From: Bdellovibrionota bacterium
GTDB taxonomy: Bacteria; Bdellovibrionota_C; UBA2361; OMII01
Assembly (NCBI GenBank): GCA_040402735.1
Contig: JBBALZ010000003.1
Location: 1-42,980 of the forward strand
Length of the DNA: 42,980 bases
Direction of reading: 5' to 3'
In this document: piece after piece, positions 25,090-34,327 of the stretch
Position numbering within the stretch: position 1 is the stretch's first letter
Layout of the letters: each line of letters opens with the position of its first letter
The notes under the pieces: generated by a model
Database searches by the model: none
What the model was told of the DNA's origin: nothing
The model's input: only the letters and a program-made list of their open reading frames with translations
Position numbers and translations under genes: made by a program

Positions 25090-26157
25090 ATGAAAACTTC
25101 AAATCGCTTACAACTTGACTACCGGGCCGAGGCTGCTTCATTCCCAATTATACCGGGGGGAATAATCGACATTCATTCTCACATACAAGGAGCTGCTGCA
25201 TCGATCATTTACGCCCAGGCTGCTGCACACTACGGCGTATACCTAACCTACTCTATGACTCCTATCCACGAGATAGAGACGGTCAGACGCCAATTGGGGG
25301 ACGCTATTCGATTTATCGCTATCCCGACATTCGGCGCTGCCGATCCTATAGCCGCTTTTGGCCGCGACTACATCCGTGACCTCGCTATCTTTAAGTCTTA
25401 TGGAGCAAAAATCGCTAAATTCTGGAATTCTCCGCGAATCTATGAAGCTTCGAGTGAGCCGTTTGCTCATAGCCCCTTTCGATTGAATTCACCGATGCGC
25501 CTCGATACCATGAAAGCCGCAGCTGACCTTGGGATGATCTTCATGGTCCACGTGGCCGATCCGGACACCTGGTTTGCAACCAAGTACAGCGATGCTACTC
25601 GCTATGGCACTAAGCAGGAGCAGTATGAAGCACTTGAGGATGTCTTGTATCGCTTTCAACTTCCGTTTATAGCGGCACACATGGGCGGGTATCCGGAGGA
25701 TCTCGGTTTTTTGTCGAGACTCCTCTCTAGCCATCCCAATCTCTATCTCGACTGCAGCGCAACGAAATGGATAGTCCGTGAGCTTAGCAAACATGAACCG
25801 ATCGAAGTGCGTATCTTCTTTCAGCGCTGGAGGGGCCGCCTCCTTTTTGGGTCGGATATAGTAACCCGCGATTCGCACGTCTCACCAGCACACAACGCCA
25901 CAGAGATGGACGCCAAAGCCTCAGACGAATCAGAGGCGTATGACCTATATGCCTCACGCTATTGGGCTCTGCGGACGCTACTTGAGGGTAGCTACCACGG
26001 AGAGTCTCCCATATCAGATCCTGATCTACACCTTGTAGATCAAAACACGTTCTCTCCCCTCGATGCCCCAACCTTGAGGGGCTGTTCTATCGACACAGAA
26101 TCTCTTATCAGCCTCTACAGAAGGGCGGCAATTGAGCTACTTGAGGGGTCTCGGTAA
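25090..26157 (+). CDS. amidohydrolase-superfamily (TIM-barrel metal-dependent hydrolase) protein
   Basis: N-terminal IDIHSHI (HxH metal ligands), FMVHVAD, AAHMGG and a late FGSD Asp, in the order typical of the Amidohydro_2 fold. Confidence 0.7.
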   Translation: MKTSNRLQLDYRAEAASFPIIPGGIIDIHSHIQGAAASIIYAQAAAHYGVYLTYSMTPIHEIETVRRQLGDAIRFIAIPTFGAADPIAAFGRDYIRDLAIFKSYGAKIAKFWNSPRIYEASSEPFAHSPFRLNSPMRLDTMKAAADLGMIFMVHVADPDTWFATKYSDATRYGTKQEQYEALEDVLYRFQLPFIAAHMGGYPEDLGFLSRLLSSHPNLYLDCSATKWIVRELSKHEPIEVRIFFQRWRGRLLFGSDIVTRDSHVSPAHNATEMDAKASDESEAYDLYASRYWALRTLLEGSYHGESPISDPDLHLVDQNTFSPLDAPTLRGCSIDTESLISLYRRAAIELLEGSR

Positions 26158-26214
26158 GCCCTGCTTCATTTTCTATACCACTCCCTGAGAAGTGCGGTAT
26201 AATGAGAAAACAGT

Positions 26215-27387
26215 ATGGCAAAGAACATCATCCCGGTTTCAACCGAAGCGCTTCAACCCCCAAAAGAGTTTTCCGCCTCCACAGGTGTAGATCCGGTTGC
26301 GATCGACGCTTTTGATCATATTCATATCTACGCAGACTCGGCGAAGCAGAGCGCATTTTTTCTATGCCGCGCATTCGGCTTTGCCCCCTTTGCATACCGC
26401 GGTCCAGAGACCGGATATCGCGAGTCGGTGAGTATCGTTCTCAAGCAGGGTGAGGTCTTCGTGCAGCTTTCGTCTCCGTTGAGGTCGTCAAGCCCAATTG
26501 CCGACCACATAAAGCGGCATGGGTTCTCGGCAAAAGATATAGCGTTTCGCGTACCCAACGCTGAGTCCTGCTACTACGAGACTCTCAAACGAGGCGCGAT
26601 AGGGGTCGATAGTCCAACAAGGCTTACCGACTCCAATGGTTCGATAGTATACGCGTCAATTAAGACGTATGGAGACACAATTCATACCTTTATCGACCGA
26701 AGTGGATACAAAGGCATCTTTTTGCCCGGTTTTGCTCGATATGAAGACGTATTTCCACGGACTACGATACAATCTGAGGCAGGACTCCAGTGCATCGATC
26801 ATGTCGTGGGAAATGTAGAGCTTGGAAAGATGAATGAGTGGGTCAAATTTTATGAGGATGTTCTCGGTTTCTCGCAGTTGATACACTTCTCTGATAAAGA
26901 TATCTCAACAGAGTACTCAGCACTGATGTCGAAGGTAATGAACGGCGGCGCTGGGAAAATCAAGCTTCCGATCAATGAGCCTGCCGAAGGGCGTCGAAAA
27001 TCGCAAATTGAAGAGTACCTTGAATACAATGAGGGGCCAGGTGTCCAGCACATAGCCTTTGCAACAAACGATATCATTTCAACTGTGACCGAGCTGCGCA
27101 AGCGCGGTGTCCGGTTCCTATTCGTTCCGAAAACGTACTATGATGGGGTCCCGGACAGAGTTGGATCAATCAAAGAAGATCTCACGAAGATTAAGGAGTT
27201 AGGCATCCTAGTAGATCGAGACGAGGACGGATACCTTTTGCAGATATTTACGAAACCGCTCCAGGATAGGCCGACGCTGTTTTTCGAAATTATTCAACGT
27301 GAGGGCTCACGCGGATTTGGCAAGGGTAATTTCAAAGCCCTTTTTGAAGCTATTGAGCGCGACCAAGCCGATCGCGGAAATTTGTAA
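26215..27387 (+). CDS. hppD: 4-hydroxyphenylpyruvate dioxygenase
   Basis: Two VOC modules, HIAFATNDI, and the C-terminal FFEIIQREGSRGFGKGNFKALFEAIERDQ signature. TATAAT at 26198-26203 ends only 11 nt before the ATG. Confidence 0.92.
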   Translation: MAKNIIPVSTEALQPPKEFSASTGVDPVAIDAFDHIHIYADSAKQSAFFLCRAFGFAPFAYRGPETGYRESVSIVLKQGEVFVQLSSPLRSSSPIADHIKRHGFSAKDIAFRVPNAESCYYETLKRGAIGVDSPTRLTDSNGSIVYASIKTYGDTIHTFIDRSGYKGIFLPGFARYEDVFPRTTIQSEAGLQCIDHVVGNVELGKMNEWVKFYEDVLGFSQLIHFSDKDISTEYSALMSKVMNGGAGKIKLPINEPAEGRRKSQIEEYLEYNEGPGVQHIAFATNDIISTVTELRKRGVRFLFVPKTYYDGVPDRVGSIKEDLTKIKELGILVDRDEDGYLLQIFTKPLQDRPTLFFEIIQREGSRGFGKGNFKALFEAIERDQADRGNL

Positions 27388-27415
27388 TTCGCTCCTTTCA
27401 GGCTTCGCCTCACTT

Positions 27416-28867
27416 TCACATGAAGAACGGAAATTCTCGATAACTCCAACGAGTCAAGGCTGCTTCGTGCGCTGCGGACGATTCTATATGGGTTCGTAGA
27501 CTCCCTGTCTCTAGTATCGTTCGCACCGCTCGATTGGCGACATTTAGAGCATGCGATGCAGCGCTTCTCTTTTCGGAGCTGGTTGCTTGTTGAAGGTGAT
27601 TGCGAAGAGCCGCTCGCTCTGTACTGAGCGCAGCAAGTTTTTCCTCCTCCTCATGAGTAAATATCCCCTGCCCGAGAAAAGCCTCAGTTTTTGCAGTCAT
27701 CTCCTTGACTTTAGAAGCGAGTTCGATCGACCGCGTAAGCTCACTCACCTTGTCGGGAAAGAGATACCTTGTGCGAGACGCTACAACGAATCGAGGGAGC
27801 TCAACACCCATGTATCTCAAAGCTAGCTGATCTACGAATCTGTCATACTTAGCGCCGCCCCTACCATGAATAAATAGATCCGAGCAAAAGCCTCTGAGTA
27901 CCATGGTCGTAACACTTCCACGAGGAGCAAGATATCCTCGATCCGCACCCGATCCAGAGCTCAACATATTTGCATAGAAAGGCTCGCGCTTTCCGCGATC
28001 AATCTTCCACATCGGCAATTCGAGGTGACTTCCATCGCTGTGCATATTTGGAAAAGGATTTGCCGGATTGACTATCTTATGCTCGCGCCTATAGGCATCT
28101 AGTGTGGTGTTATAGACCGCCGAAAGCTTTGCCCCGTCGCCTACGAACTCCTCAAGCACCCCCCTGACAGCGGTATCGCATACAACAGTCGATAGCGGTA
28201 TTTCACAAATCGCTCTTCCCATCAGAGCCCACCGCACTACCGCGTGGGCAACTGATGCAAGCTCGCCAGAGAGGCGTTGATAGAGCGAAGCTACAAAGCG
28301 CACTCGCTCAATTGATATCTCAGATCTTGCGCACTCCGATGCGCTCAGCCGAAGATCCGCTTCAATCTCCTCGAAGATAGCTGCTACCACCGATTGCGCT
28401 TCGATTCTTTGCTCGGAGTAGAGTCCATCTCTTCCGATAGCTATTGATCCGCGCTTCATCTCAATTACGCCTCGCTCTACGCGAGGCCATATAAGCATTC
28501 CTGAATCGCCTTCGTCTGTATCGACCACCACATTAACGGCAACCGAGGCGGTCTCGTCTGCAAAACGGGCGAGGGCTTCTACCTTGCTGAGCAGACCAGG
28601 GTGGTACACAAGGGGTTGATGTCCTGCCATGACTATCGGAGATTTATGGTCAGCTGAAGACAGCGACTCCAACGACACAGAAACTCCACAACGCCGCGCT
28701 GCATCCGCAATCAAAGTCGAGTGCTCAGTGGCGCTTTTGATAAGCTGTTCTCGCACCGATGCAATGCGCGCTGCTCCTAGCACTGTTTCGTGCGCAGCTC
28801 TGGCAGTTAGGTTCCCCTTTAGGATCGCCGCCCACTCTGCATATGGAGGCTCAAAGATATCTGACAT
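27416..28867 (-). CDS. BshC-like protein (putative cysteine-adding enzyme family; tentative)
   Basis: AGHQPLVYHPGLLSKV ... VVVDTDEGD resembles, from memory, B. subtilis BshC GGQQAGLLTGPLYTIHK ... WVAGEDHD. DLFIHGRGGAKY resembles AFIAGPGEINYW. The start is set to the ATG at 28867 (MSDIF), 8 nt after the PIG-L stop. Confidence 0.4.
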   Translation of the reverse strand: MSDIFEPPYAEWAAILKGNLTARAAHETVLGAARIASVREQLIKSATEHSTLIADAARRCGVSVSLESLSSADHKSPIVMAGHQPLVYHPGLLSKVEALARFADETASVAVNVVVDTDEGDSGMLIWPRVERGVIEMKRGSIAIGRDGLYSEQRIEAQSVVAAIFEEIEADLRLSASECARSEISIERVRFVASLYQRLSGELASVAHAVVRWALMGRAICEIPLSTVVCDTAVRGVLEEFVGDGAKLSAVYNTTLDAYRREHKIVNPANPFPNMHSDGSHLELPMWKIDRGKREPFYANMLSSGSGADRGYLAPRGSVTTMVLRGFCSDLFIHGRGGAKYDRFVDQLALRYMGVELPRFVVASRTRYLFPDKVSELTRSIELASKVKEMTAKTEAFLGQGIFTHEEEEKLAALSTERAALRNHLQQATSSEKRSAASHALNVANRAVRTILETGSLRTHIESSAAHEAALTRWSYREFPFFM

Positions 28868-28875
28868 GCCTAACG

Positions 28876-29568
28876 CTACAGCTCCATAAACGCCTCGGTT
28901 GAGCGAACACCGATATACTCCTTGCATACAAACGGCTCGCCCGCCTGCACCCCGATCTGACTTCCCCAGTAGCGTGCGTCATTACGAATCACCTCAAGGC
29001 GCGCTGCATTGCCTGTATGGGCAACAAATTGACTCTCATAAGCCTGAATCGCTGCCATTTTACCGTCGAGGTGGTCTGATATATCAAATACAAACGAGGG
29101 GATGAGTTTCACACGCATGTGTGTCGAAAAGAAGTATAGTTGTCGTCTCGGATACCACGGCTGGTATCTTAAGTCTGTTTTGACAAATTTCGAGTAAAAG
29201 CGAGCCGCATCGACCAGCGCCGATGCCTGAACATGATCGGGATGAGCATCCTCCCAATACGGAGCACACACTACAGTCGGCCTAACCTCTCGAATGACCT
29301 CTGCAACCTGCTTACGAGCCTCTACGGTATCAAACAGTTCACGATTCTTGAGTCCAAGTAGGATGCGCTCTTGAACACCTAATATCTTTGACGCTGCGCT
29401 GGTCTCCTTAGCCCGAATCTCCACAGAACCAAAGGGAGTTGGCTCTCCATCACTGAGATCAAGGATAACTACGCGCACCCCGCGATTACGCAGAGCAATA
29501 ATCGTTCCCCCCATGCCGATCTCTGCATCGTCTTGATGCGGAGCTACAACGAGCACTATATGCTCCAT
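28876..29568 (-). CDS. PIG-L family N-acetylglucosaminyl deacetylase (BshB/MshB-like)
   Basis: VVAPHQDDAEIGMGGTI (the PIG-L AHPDD-E-G motif), HPDH, and a length of 230 aa. Confidence 0.8.
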   Translation of the reverse strand: MEHIVLVVAPHQDDAEIGMGGTIIALRNRGVRVVILDLSDGEPTPFGSVEIRAKETSAASKILGVQERILLGLKNRELFDTVEARKQVAEVIREVRPTVVCAPYWEDAHPDHVQASALVDAARFYSKFVKTDLRYQPWYPRRQLYFFSTHMRVKLIPSFVFDISDHLDGKMAAIQAYESQFVAHTGNAARLEVIRNDARYWGSQIGVQAGEPFVCKEYIGVRSTEAFMEL

Positions 29569-30269
29569 CTCTCTCGCTCCCGCTTAATCGTACCTAAGTA
29601 GTAGGCTAGTCTGCGTTCGGGGTTATCGAGATCTCCGCCAAACTTTCGATTAGGATCGTCGTAAATGCGAGACACCGCTCGCTCAGTTACGCGCAAGCCC
29701 AATGCTTTAGCCTGTATCCAAAACTGTAACGGCATCGAGTATCCAGACTCCTCAAGCTTAAAATGAGCTAGCGCCGATACTCGATACGCCTTAAACCCAC
29801 AAAATGCATCCGTAATTCCAAAGCCAGTTATCTGATTCAGTAGCTCTGTAATAGCGCGATTAATCCTATAACGATCTGCTGGAGCTGCACCTTGAGCATC
29901 GCTATCTTCCAAGTATCGACTCCCTGATACGATATCCCACCCCTGTACAACCTCTAGAAACTGCGGCACCCAATCAGGCCGATGTTGCCCATCAGAATCC
30001 ATAGTAACGAGATACTCATAACCTGCTAGTTTGGCCTCGTTAAATCCACGAACGAGCGTTGCACCGTAGCCACGATTATTAGGTTGTCGAATGACTCGTG
30101 TGCGTTCGTCTTGTAACGCAGCAAGTACCCCTGCCGATCCGTCACACGAACCATCGTCTACAAAGAGCACATCTCCTGAGTACACCTCCCGGAGTCGATC
30201 GAGCAGCCCCGTTAAATGGGCCTCCTCGTTGTATACAGGTATTAAAACTACACTTTTGTCCATGCACAT
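29556..30269 (-). CDS. glycosyltransferase family 2 (Dpm1/polyprenyl-phosphate glycosyltransferase-like, soluble)
   Basis: VLIPVYNEE, FVDDGSCDGS, NRGYGATL and TMDSDGQH (DxD) motifs. No TM helix. Overlaps the PIG-L gene start by 13 nt. Confidence 0.85.
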   Translation of the reverse strand: MCMDKSVVLIPVYNEEAHLTGLLDRLREVYSGDVLFVDDGSCDGSAGVLAALQDERTRVIRQPNNRGYGATLVRGFNEAKLAGYEYLVTMDSDGQHRPDWVPQFLEVVQGWDIVSGSRYLEDSDAQGAAPADRYRINRAITELLNQITGFGITDAFCGFKAYRVSALAHFKLEESGYSMPLQFWIQAKALGLRVTERAVSRIYDDPNRKFGGDLDNPERRLAYYLGTIKRERERWSI

Positions 30270-30278
30270 CAGGTAAAT

Positions 30279-30429
30279 GTTCTGCGCAATTCTCCCACAA
30301 TCTCCTCTAAAGAGCCGACACTTCTGATAAGGATAAAAATGCGCGGCCAGGCGCCGTTAAACGTCATTAAATACATGACGCTCCGCGCATTTTTGGCCTC
30401 ATTAAAGAGCAGAGAATTGCGAAGCCCTA
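30279..30429 (+). repeat. family A palindromic repeat, copy A3
   Basis: The degenerate left end is CTGCGCAATTCTC. It also carries GGATAAAAATGCGCGG ... CCGCGCATTTTTGGCC ... GAGAATTGCGAAGCCCTA. Starts 10 nt upstream of the GT2 ATG. Confidence 0.88.
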
Positions 30430-30482
30430 GCTTTCCACCCTCTATAGTAAGATTTGCCGAGCGAAATGTCTATTGAAGACCG

Positions 30483-30567
30483 TAGGGCATCGCAATTCTC
30501 CCGCTATCTACTCGAAAGAGGTGGCATTTCTGATAAGGATAAAAATGCGCCGCCAGGCGTCGTTAAA
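30483..30567 (+). repeat. family A repeat, left half-copy A4
   Basis: TAGGGCATCGCAATTCTCCCGCTATCTACT ... GGATAAAAATGCGCCGCC ... CGTTAAA, then homology stops 8 nt before the flgL stop codon. Confidence 0.85.
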
Positions 30568-30575
30568 TTTTCTTA

Positions 30576-31565
30576 CTACACGTAGTCTAATATGGTCATC
30601 CTCAGCACCTTAGCCGTTACTGAGTACGATGCTTGCAGCGCGGTCTGTGCTTGTTGAAGATTAGCCGCCACCTCGGTCTCATCAGCATCCTGCAGCCGGC
30701 TTAATACCTCTTTGGCCGAACTCTTTGTCAGCTCTAAGAGCGCCTGTCCAGTCTCAAGCCGACGCAATCTGCCACCTAAACTAACCCGCTCCGGTATAAG
30801 CTCGACATCTCGCGCTTTATTAAATAGATCAATCGCTCCGCGAATATCCGCCGTCTGTACGTGATACTCACCTGGAAATACATAGGCATCGCCAGTCCCA
30901 TCAGGAGTTCCGCTTGTCGCGGGAAGCGTCTTATACCCGGCTAACGCGCGCGATAGCCGCTCAAGCCCTTCGATACTACTTCCAAAGACATTATTGGCCG
31001 GAGTGTTAAGATTAACCGATATCTCATCTGTTATCTTAAAGCTCTTTCCTACAGCGGTACCAAGCTCACCATCAAAGCTGTATCGGTCCTTGGCTGGCCC
31101 CGAAGCTGGATTATCGTAGGTAAGCTTGTCATACGGTGGATCGTCATCATCAGCGCCACCGTAGACGTACCTTCCCTGATAACTTGAGTTAGCTAAGCTA
31201 GCCATCTGATCGCGTAGCTGATAGACCTCCTCAGCGAGCTGAGCTCGCGACTCGGCACTTAAAGTTTCATTTGCCGCTTGCTGCGCTATCTCTTTTGCGC
31301 GCACGATTATCTCAGTGGCCTGGCCAACAACCCCATCCTGATACTCTAGGAAGCTTTTCGCCTGTGAAATCGCAACCCCATACGAATCTACCTTGGCTAT
31401 TAACGTCTGATACCTGGCTATCGAACCGGCATCTACTGAATCACTAGGCTTAGAGACTTTTAACCCCGTTGTTAACTGATTCGATAGATCGTTTAGCCGC
31501 CGCTTATTTTCAAGCGTATTGGTAACAAGCTGACGCACATTCTGGTTTTCTGATACTCGCCTCAT
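30576..31565 (-). CDS. flgL: flagellar hook-associated protein 3
   Basis: Flagellin-like N-terminus (MRVSENQ ... LSNQLTTGLKVSKPSDS) and C-terminal helical region. 329 aa. Overlaps the flgK stop by 4 nt. Confidence 0.85.
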   Translation of the reverse strand: MRRVSENQNVRQLVTNTLENKRRLNDLSNQLTTGLKVSKPSDSVDAGSIARYQTLIAKVDSYGVAISQAKSFLEYQDGVVGQATEIIVRAKEIAQQAANETLSAESRAQLAEEVYQLRDQMASLANSSYQGRYVYGGADDDDPPYDKLTYDNPASGPAKDRYSFDGELGTAVGKSFKITDEISVNLNTPANNVFGSSIEGLERLSRALAGYKTLPATSGTPDGTGDAYVFPGEYHVQTADIRGAIDLFNKARDVELIPERVSLGGRLRRLETGQALLELTKSSAKEVLSRLQDADETEVAANLQQAQTALQASYSVTAKVLRMTILDYV

Positions 31566-33202
31566 ATTAATCCTACTATTGTGTCAATTAGCTCGGAGGC
31601 CGTGCGGATCATTTTCGCAGATGCTTGAAACGCTTTCTGAAACTTAATTACATTGGCAAACTCCTCATCGAGACTAACCGAAGAAAACTCATCGCGTTTG
31701 ACACTGGCAACTGAGTACGACTGCCTAGCTACTTCGTACTCTCCTTGCGCCGAAGCTTTAAGGCTCCCTACTGTACTCACGCTTGAGTTGTAGAGCTCAT
31801 CAAATGTACCCGTAAACGAGAGCGAGCCAACCGAGAAATTCTGGCTCTGCGTCCTGAAATTGGCTATTGCTTGCGCGTTTGAGCCGTCTCCGGCGGTTAC
31901 CATTCTTGCTCCAGCGGTCGGATTAACGTCGCGCCCTGCTGCGAATTCGTCTGCTCGCGAAAAGCCTAATTTCAGAAAACGCGAAAACGAATCGATTCCG
32001 GTGGAGGCCAGATCGGCCATCGATGGCAGCCCATTACCATCAGCATCCTTTGCCCCAGAAAACGTAAAGTCGAACAAACCAAAGACCCCCGGCGGATTGC
32101 CGTTCAGGTCAGCAGAGGATGGCTCATGTACACCGGTTCCTGAATCCTCATCGGGGCCTAGGTATTCCTGATTGACCGCCGTGAGCAAGTTACGCGTCAT
32201 CGCCTCAATCCGCGATGCCATCTGCACCAGCTCACCATTGGCCTCGAAAGCTGATGTATTATTTACATCCGCATAACCGCGCAGTTGCAGGATGCCAGCC
32301 ACGCTGCCCTCGCCATTCTGTAACGTCTGGGTCAGATCAAGATGGGTCGGGGCGCCAGCTACTCCGTAATCATAGGTAACGTAGCTCAATATCCCGCCTC
32401 CTAGAGATGGAGGAAGCGGCCCAGGAGCAAACGATGGCGCGGTTGTGACCGTTAATGGGCGCGCTGTAGCCTCGGATACCAAGGGAAATCCGTTATCGAG
32501 GTAGCAGTTAATCATCCCGTTGGGTATCTCAAGTGTCTTAAAAGACACCTTGGCTGATAGTTTACCTAGCAGGATATCACGTTGGTCTCGCTCATCAGGG
32601 GCAAGTGTGCCGGTAGCTTCACGTTGCGCTATGGTGCTGTTCAAGCTGGCGATATCCCTGGTCAAAACATTTATTGAGTCGATCTCTTGTCCAAGCCGTT
32701 GATCAAGCTCCGTCTGAGTATCTGCAAGTTCCTGATAAGCAGAGTGGATTGAATTAACTAGATCCTCTCCGCGTTGGAGAACACTTAAGCGTAGATCGAG
32801 ATCTGATGGATTTAAGCCCACCTGATTGACCGATGAAAAAAAGTCATTAAGCGCCATTCCAACGGTCTGCTGAGCTCCGGAAAGGCTAAATATATTCTCT
32901 ACACGGCCAAGGTACTCGTTGCGCACCTCGGCCTTACCTTGCTTGGATCCAATAGTTCTTAACGAAGATTCAAGAAACGCATTGGTGATTCTACGGATAT
33001 CTCCTAGCTGAACACCGCCTCCGATCCGCAGAATGCCATCGATGGCTACCGGATCTACTCGACTGAGTACGTCGATCTCACGCCTGGTGTAGCCGGGAGT
33101 ATTAACGTTTGCGATATTGTTTGAGGCATTGGCCAGGAGCGCCTGCTGCACAGTCATCCCGCTGACTGAGTTACCGAGAAGTTTGGCGGTGAAATTAACC
33201 AT
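31562..33202 (-). CDS. flgK: flagellar hook-associated protein 1
   Basis: N-terminal ASNNIANVNTPGYTRR and C-terminal EEFANVIKFQKAFQASAKMIRTASELIDTIVGL. The start is set to the ATG at 33202 (MVNFTAKLL). Confidence 0.88.
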   Translation of the reverse strand: MVNFTAKLLGNSVSGMTVQQALLANASNNIANVNTPGYTRREIDVLSRVDPVAIDGILRIGGGVQLGDIRRITNAFLESSLRTIGSKQGKAEVRNEYLGRVENIFSLSGAQQTVGMALNDFFSSVNQVGLNPSDLDLRLSVLQRGEDLVNSIHSAYQELADTQTELDQRLGQEIDSINVLTRDIASLNSTIAQREATGTLAPDERDQRDILLGKLSAKVSFKTLEIPNGMINCYLDNGFPLVSEATARPLTVTTAPSFAPGPLPPSLGGGILSYVTYDYGVAGAPTHLDLTQTLQNGEGSVAGILQLRGYADVNNTSAFEANGELVQMASRIEAMTRNLLTAVNQEYLGPDEDSGTGVHEPSSADLNGNPPGVFGLFDFTFSGAKDADGNGLPSMADLASTGIDSFSRFLKLGFSRADEFAAGRDVNPTAGARMVTAGDGSNAQAIANFRTQSQNFSVGSLSFTGTFDELYNSSVSTVGSLKASAQGEYEVARQSYSVASVKRDEFSSVSLDEEFANVIKFQKAFQASAKMIRTASELIDTIVGLI

Positions 33203-33300
33203 GCAATCGGCATTTGCAGGCGGCAAAAACTGCCGCTCTAGAGCTCCTAATACTGTAGTTGCAAATGATGTGCCGTGACTAAGACGTGACTATTACGTTT

Positions 33301-33813
33301 CTATGCTTCGCCTAAGAGCGAGCCATTTCGTGGAGCGCTCGGCTGAACAGCCTCATTCACCGTTCCAAAGGCGTTGTATACTCTGGTAATAGACTGAGAT
33401 GCCGACCACAGGAGTGATATCTCGCCATTGACAAGCCCCAGCGAGAAATTAAGCACTTGATTAAACTCTCTACTCTTTGATTCAACTATTTTTAATATCG
33501 CTTTAATCTGCGAGATAAGCTTATCAAGGCGCTTTGCGTCAGCAGGAGTACAGGCAACGCGAATTAACTCGCTAAGTTTCTGCTCTTGGTTGCCAGATAG
33601 TTCAGCGACAAGAGCTAACCTCTTATCGCGTATTTCACCTATACGGATTACTAGCTCCGACCTACGTTGACTGAGCACTGATACCTGCTCAGCTTTTAGG
33701 CCCACGACACTGACCTGCTCCTGGGCTAACAGGGCAAGGTATTCGGAATAAGAGCTAAGCTCCTGCTCAAGTAATCTTTCAAGTGTCTTTACCGCTCGTG
33801 GGTCTAATTTCAT
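33301..33813 (-). CDS. flgN: FlgN-family flagellar export chaperone (tentative)
   Basis: 170-aa all-helical protein located between flgM and flgK. LLEQELSSYSEYLALLAQEQ is an FlgN-like N-terminus. Confidence 0.6.
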   Translation of the reverse strand: MKLDPRAVKTLERLLEQELSSYSEYLALLAQEQVSVVGLKAEQVSVLSQRRSELVIRIGEIRDKRLALVAELSGNQEQKLSELIRVACTPADAKRLDKLISQIKAILKIVESKSREFNQVLNFSLGLVNGEISLLWSASQSITRVYNAFGTVNEAVQPSAPRNGSLLGEA

Positions 33814-33855
33814 GAGCGAATCACGGTGTATCTAGTTCAAGTTTTACTACGCAGC

Positions 33856-34209
33856 CTACTGCCCTTGATTGAATATAACCTCAAGCGAAACCTCCTCAGC
33901 TAATGCCTGTGCCACATCGTCTGAAGCTCGCGCGTACGTGCCTTCTCTAATCTGCTTCTTGAGGTTGTCTATCTTACTTTGCCGCTCGGCTGCCATCTTT
34001 GTTGGATCTAGCTCTCTTCGAATTAGATCACCTAACGGCGAGAGGGTTATCTTGTCCCGCTGCTCTTTGGCTAGTTCACCAACTAACCCGCTAGCACCCT
34101 GCGCACTAACGTCAGTGGCACCTCTACGCTGAATGGAGCGGTCATCGACTTTTACTTCTTGAACTCTTTTGGCGATGTCACTACTTCCATCTGAACCAGG
34201 AACCTTCAT
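33856..34209 (-). CDS. flgM: anti-sigma-28 factor FlgM
   Basis: 117 aa. C-terminal KIDNLKKQIREGTYARASDDVAQALAEE is the FlgM signature. AGAGAGG Shine-Dalgarno lies upstream. Confidence 0.8.
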   Translation of the reverse strand: MKVPGSDGSSDIAKRVQEVKVDDRSIQRRGATDVSAQGASGLVGELAKEQRDKITLSPLGDLIRRELDPTKMAAERQSKIDNLKKQIREGTYARASDDVAQALAEEVSLEVIFNQGQ

Positions 34210-34327
34210 GATCTACCTCTCTTGCTTACTTAGCAGGCTTAAAGCTTACCACACTCTAGCCTGCTTAGACTTTAAACACCGTATACAGCCTTAAGCACTA
34301 CTTATGATGCACTAGACATCAAAAAGG

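Noticed and set aside
28868-28927. Longer start (28927) for the BshC-like ORF
   Set aside because: It would overlap the PIG-L gene by 52 nt. The ATG at 28867 leaves a compact 8-nt gap, and its product starts before the first conserved-looking segment.
33204-33211. GCCGATTG on the minus strand, resembling the sigma-28 -10 element (GCCGATAA), upstream of flgK
   Set aside because: It sits 1 nt from the preferred flgK ATG (33202), leaving no room for a transcript start and RBS. No TAAA -35 element lies at the right distance.
34210-34327. Sigma-28 promoter or terminator between flgJ and flgM (8-bp stem AGCAGGCT/AGCCTGCT, TAAAGTCT motif)
   Set aside because: The hairpin loop is 18 nt and there is no U-tract. 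The TAAAG motif has no GCCGATAA-like partner. Too weak to annotate.
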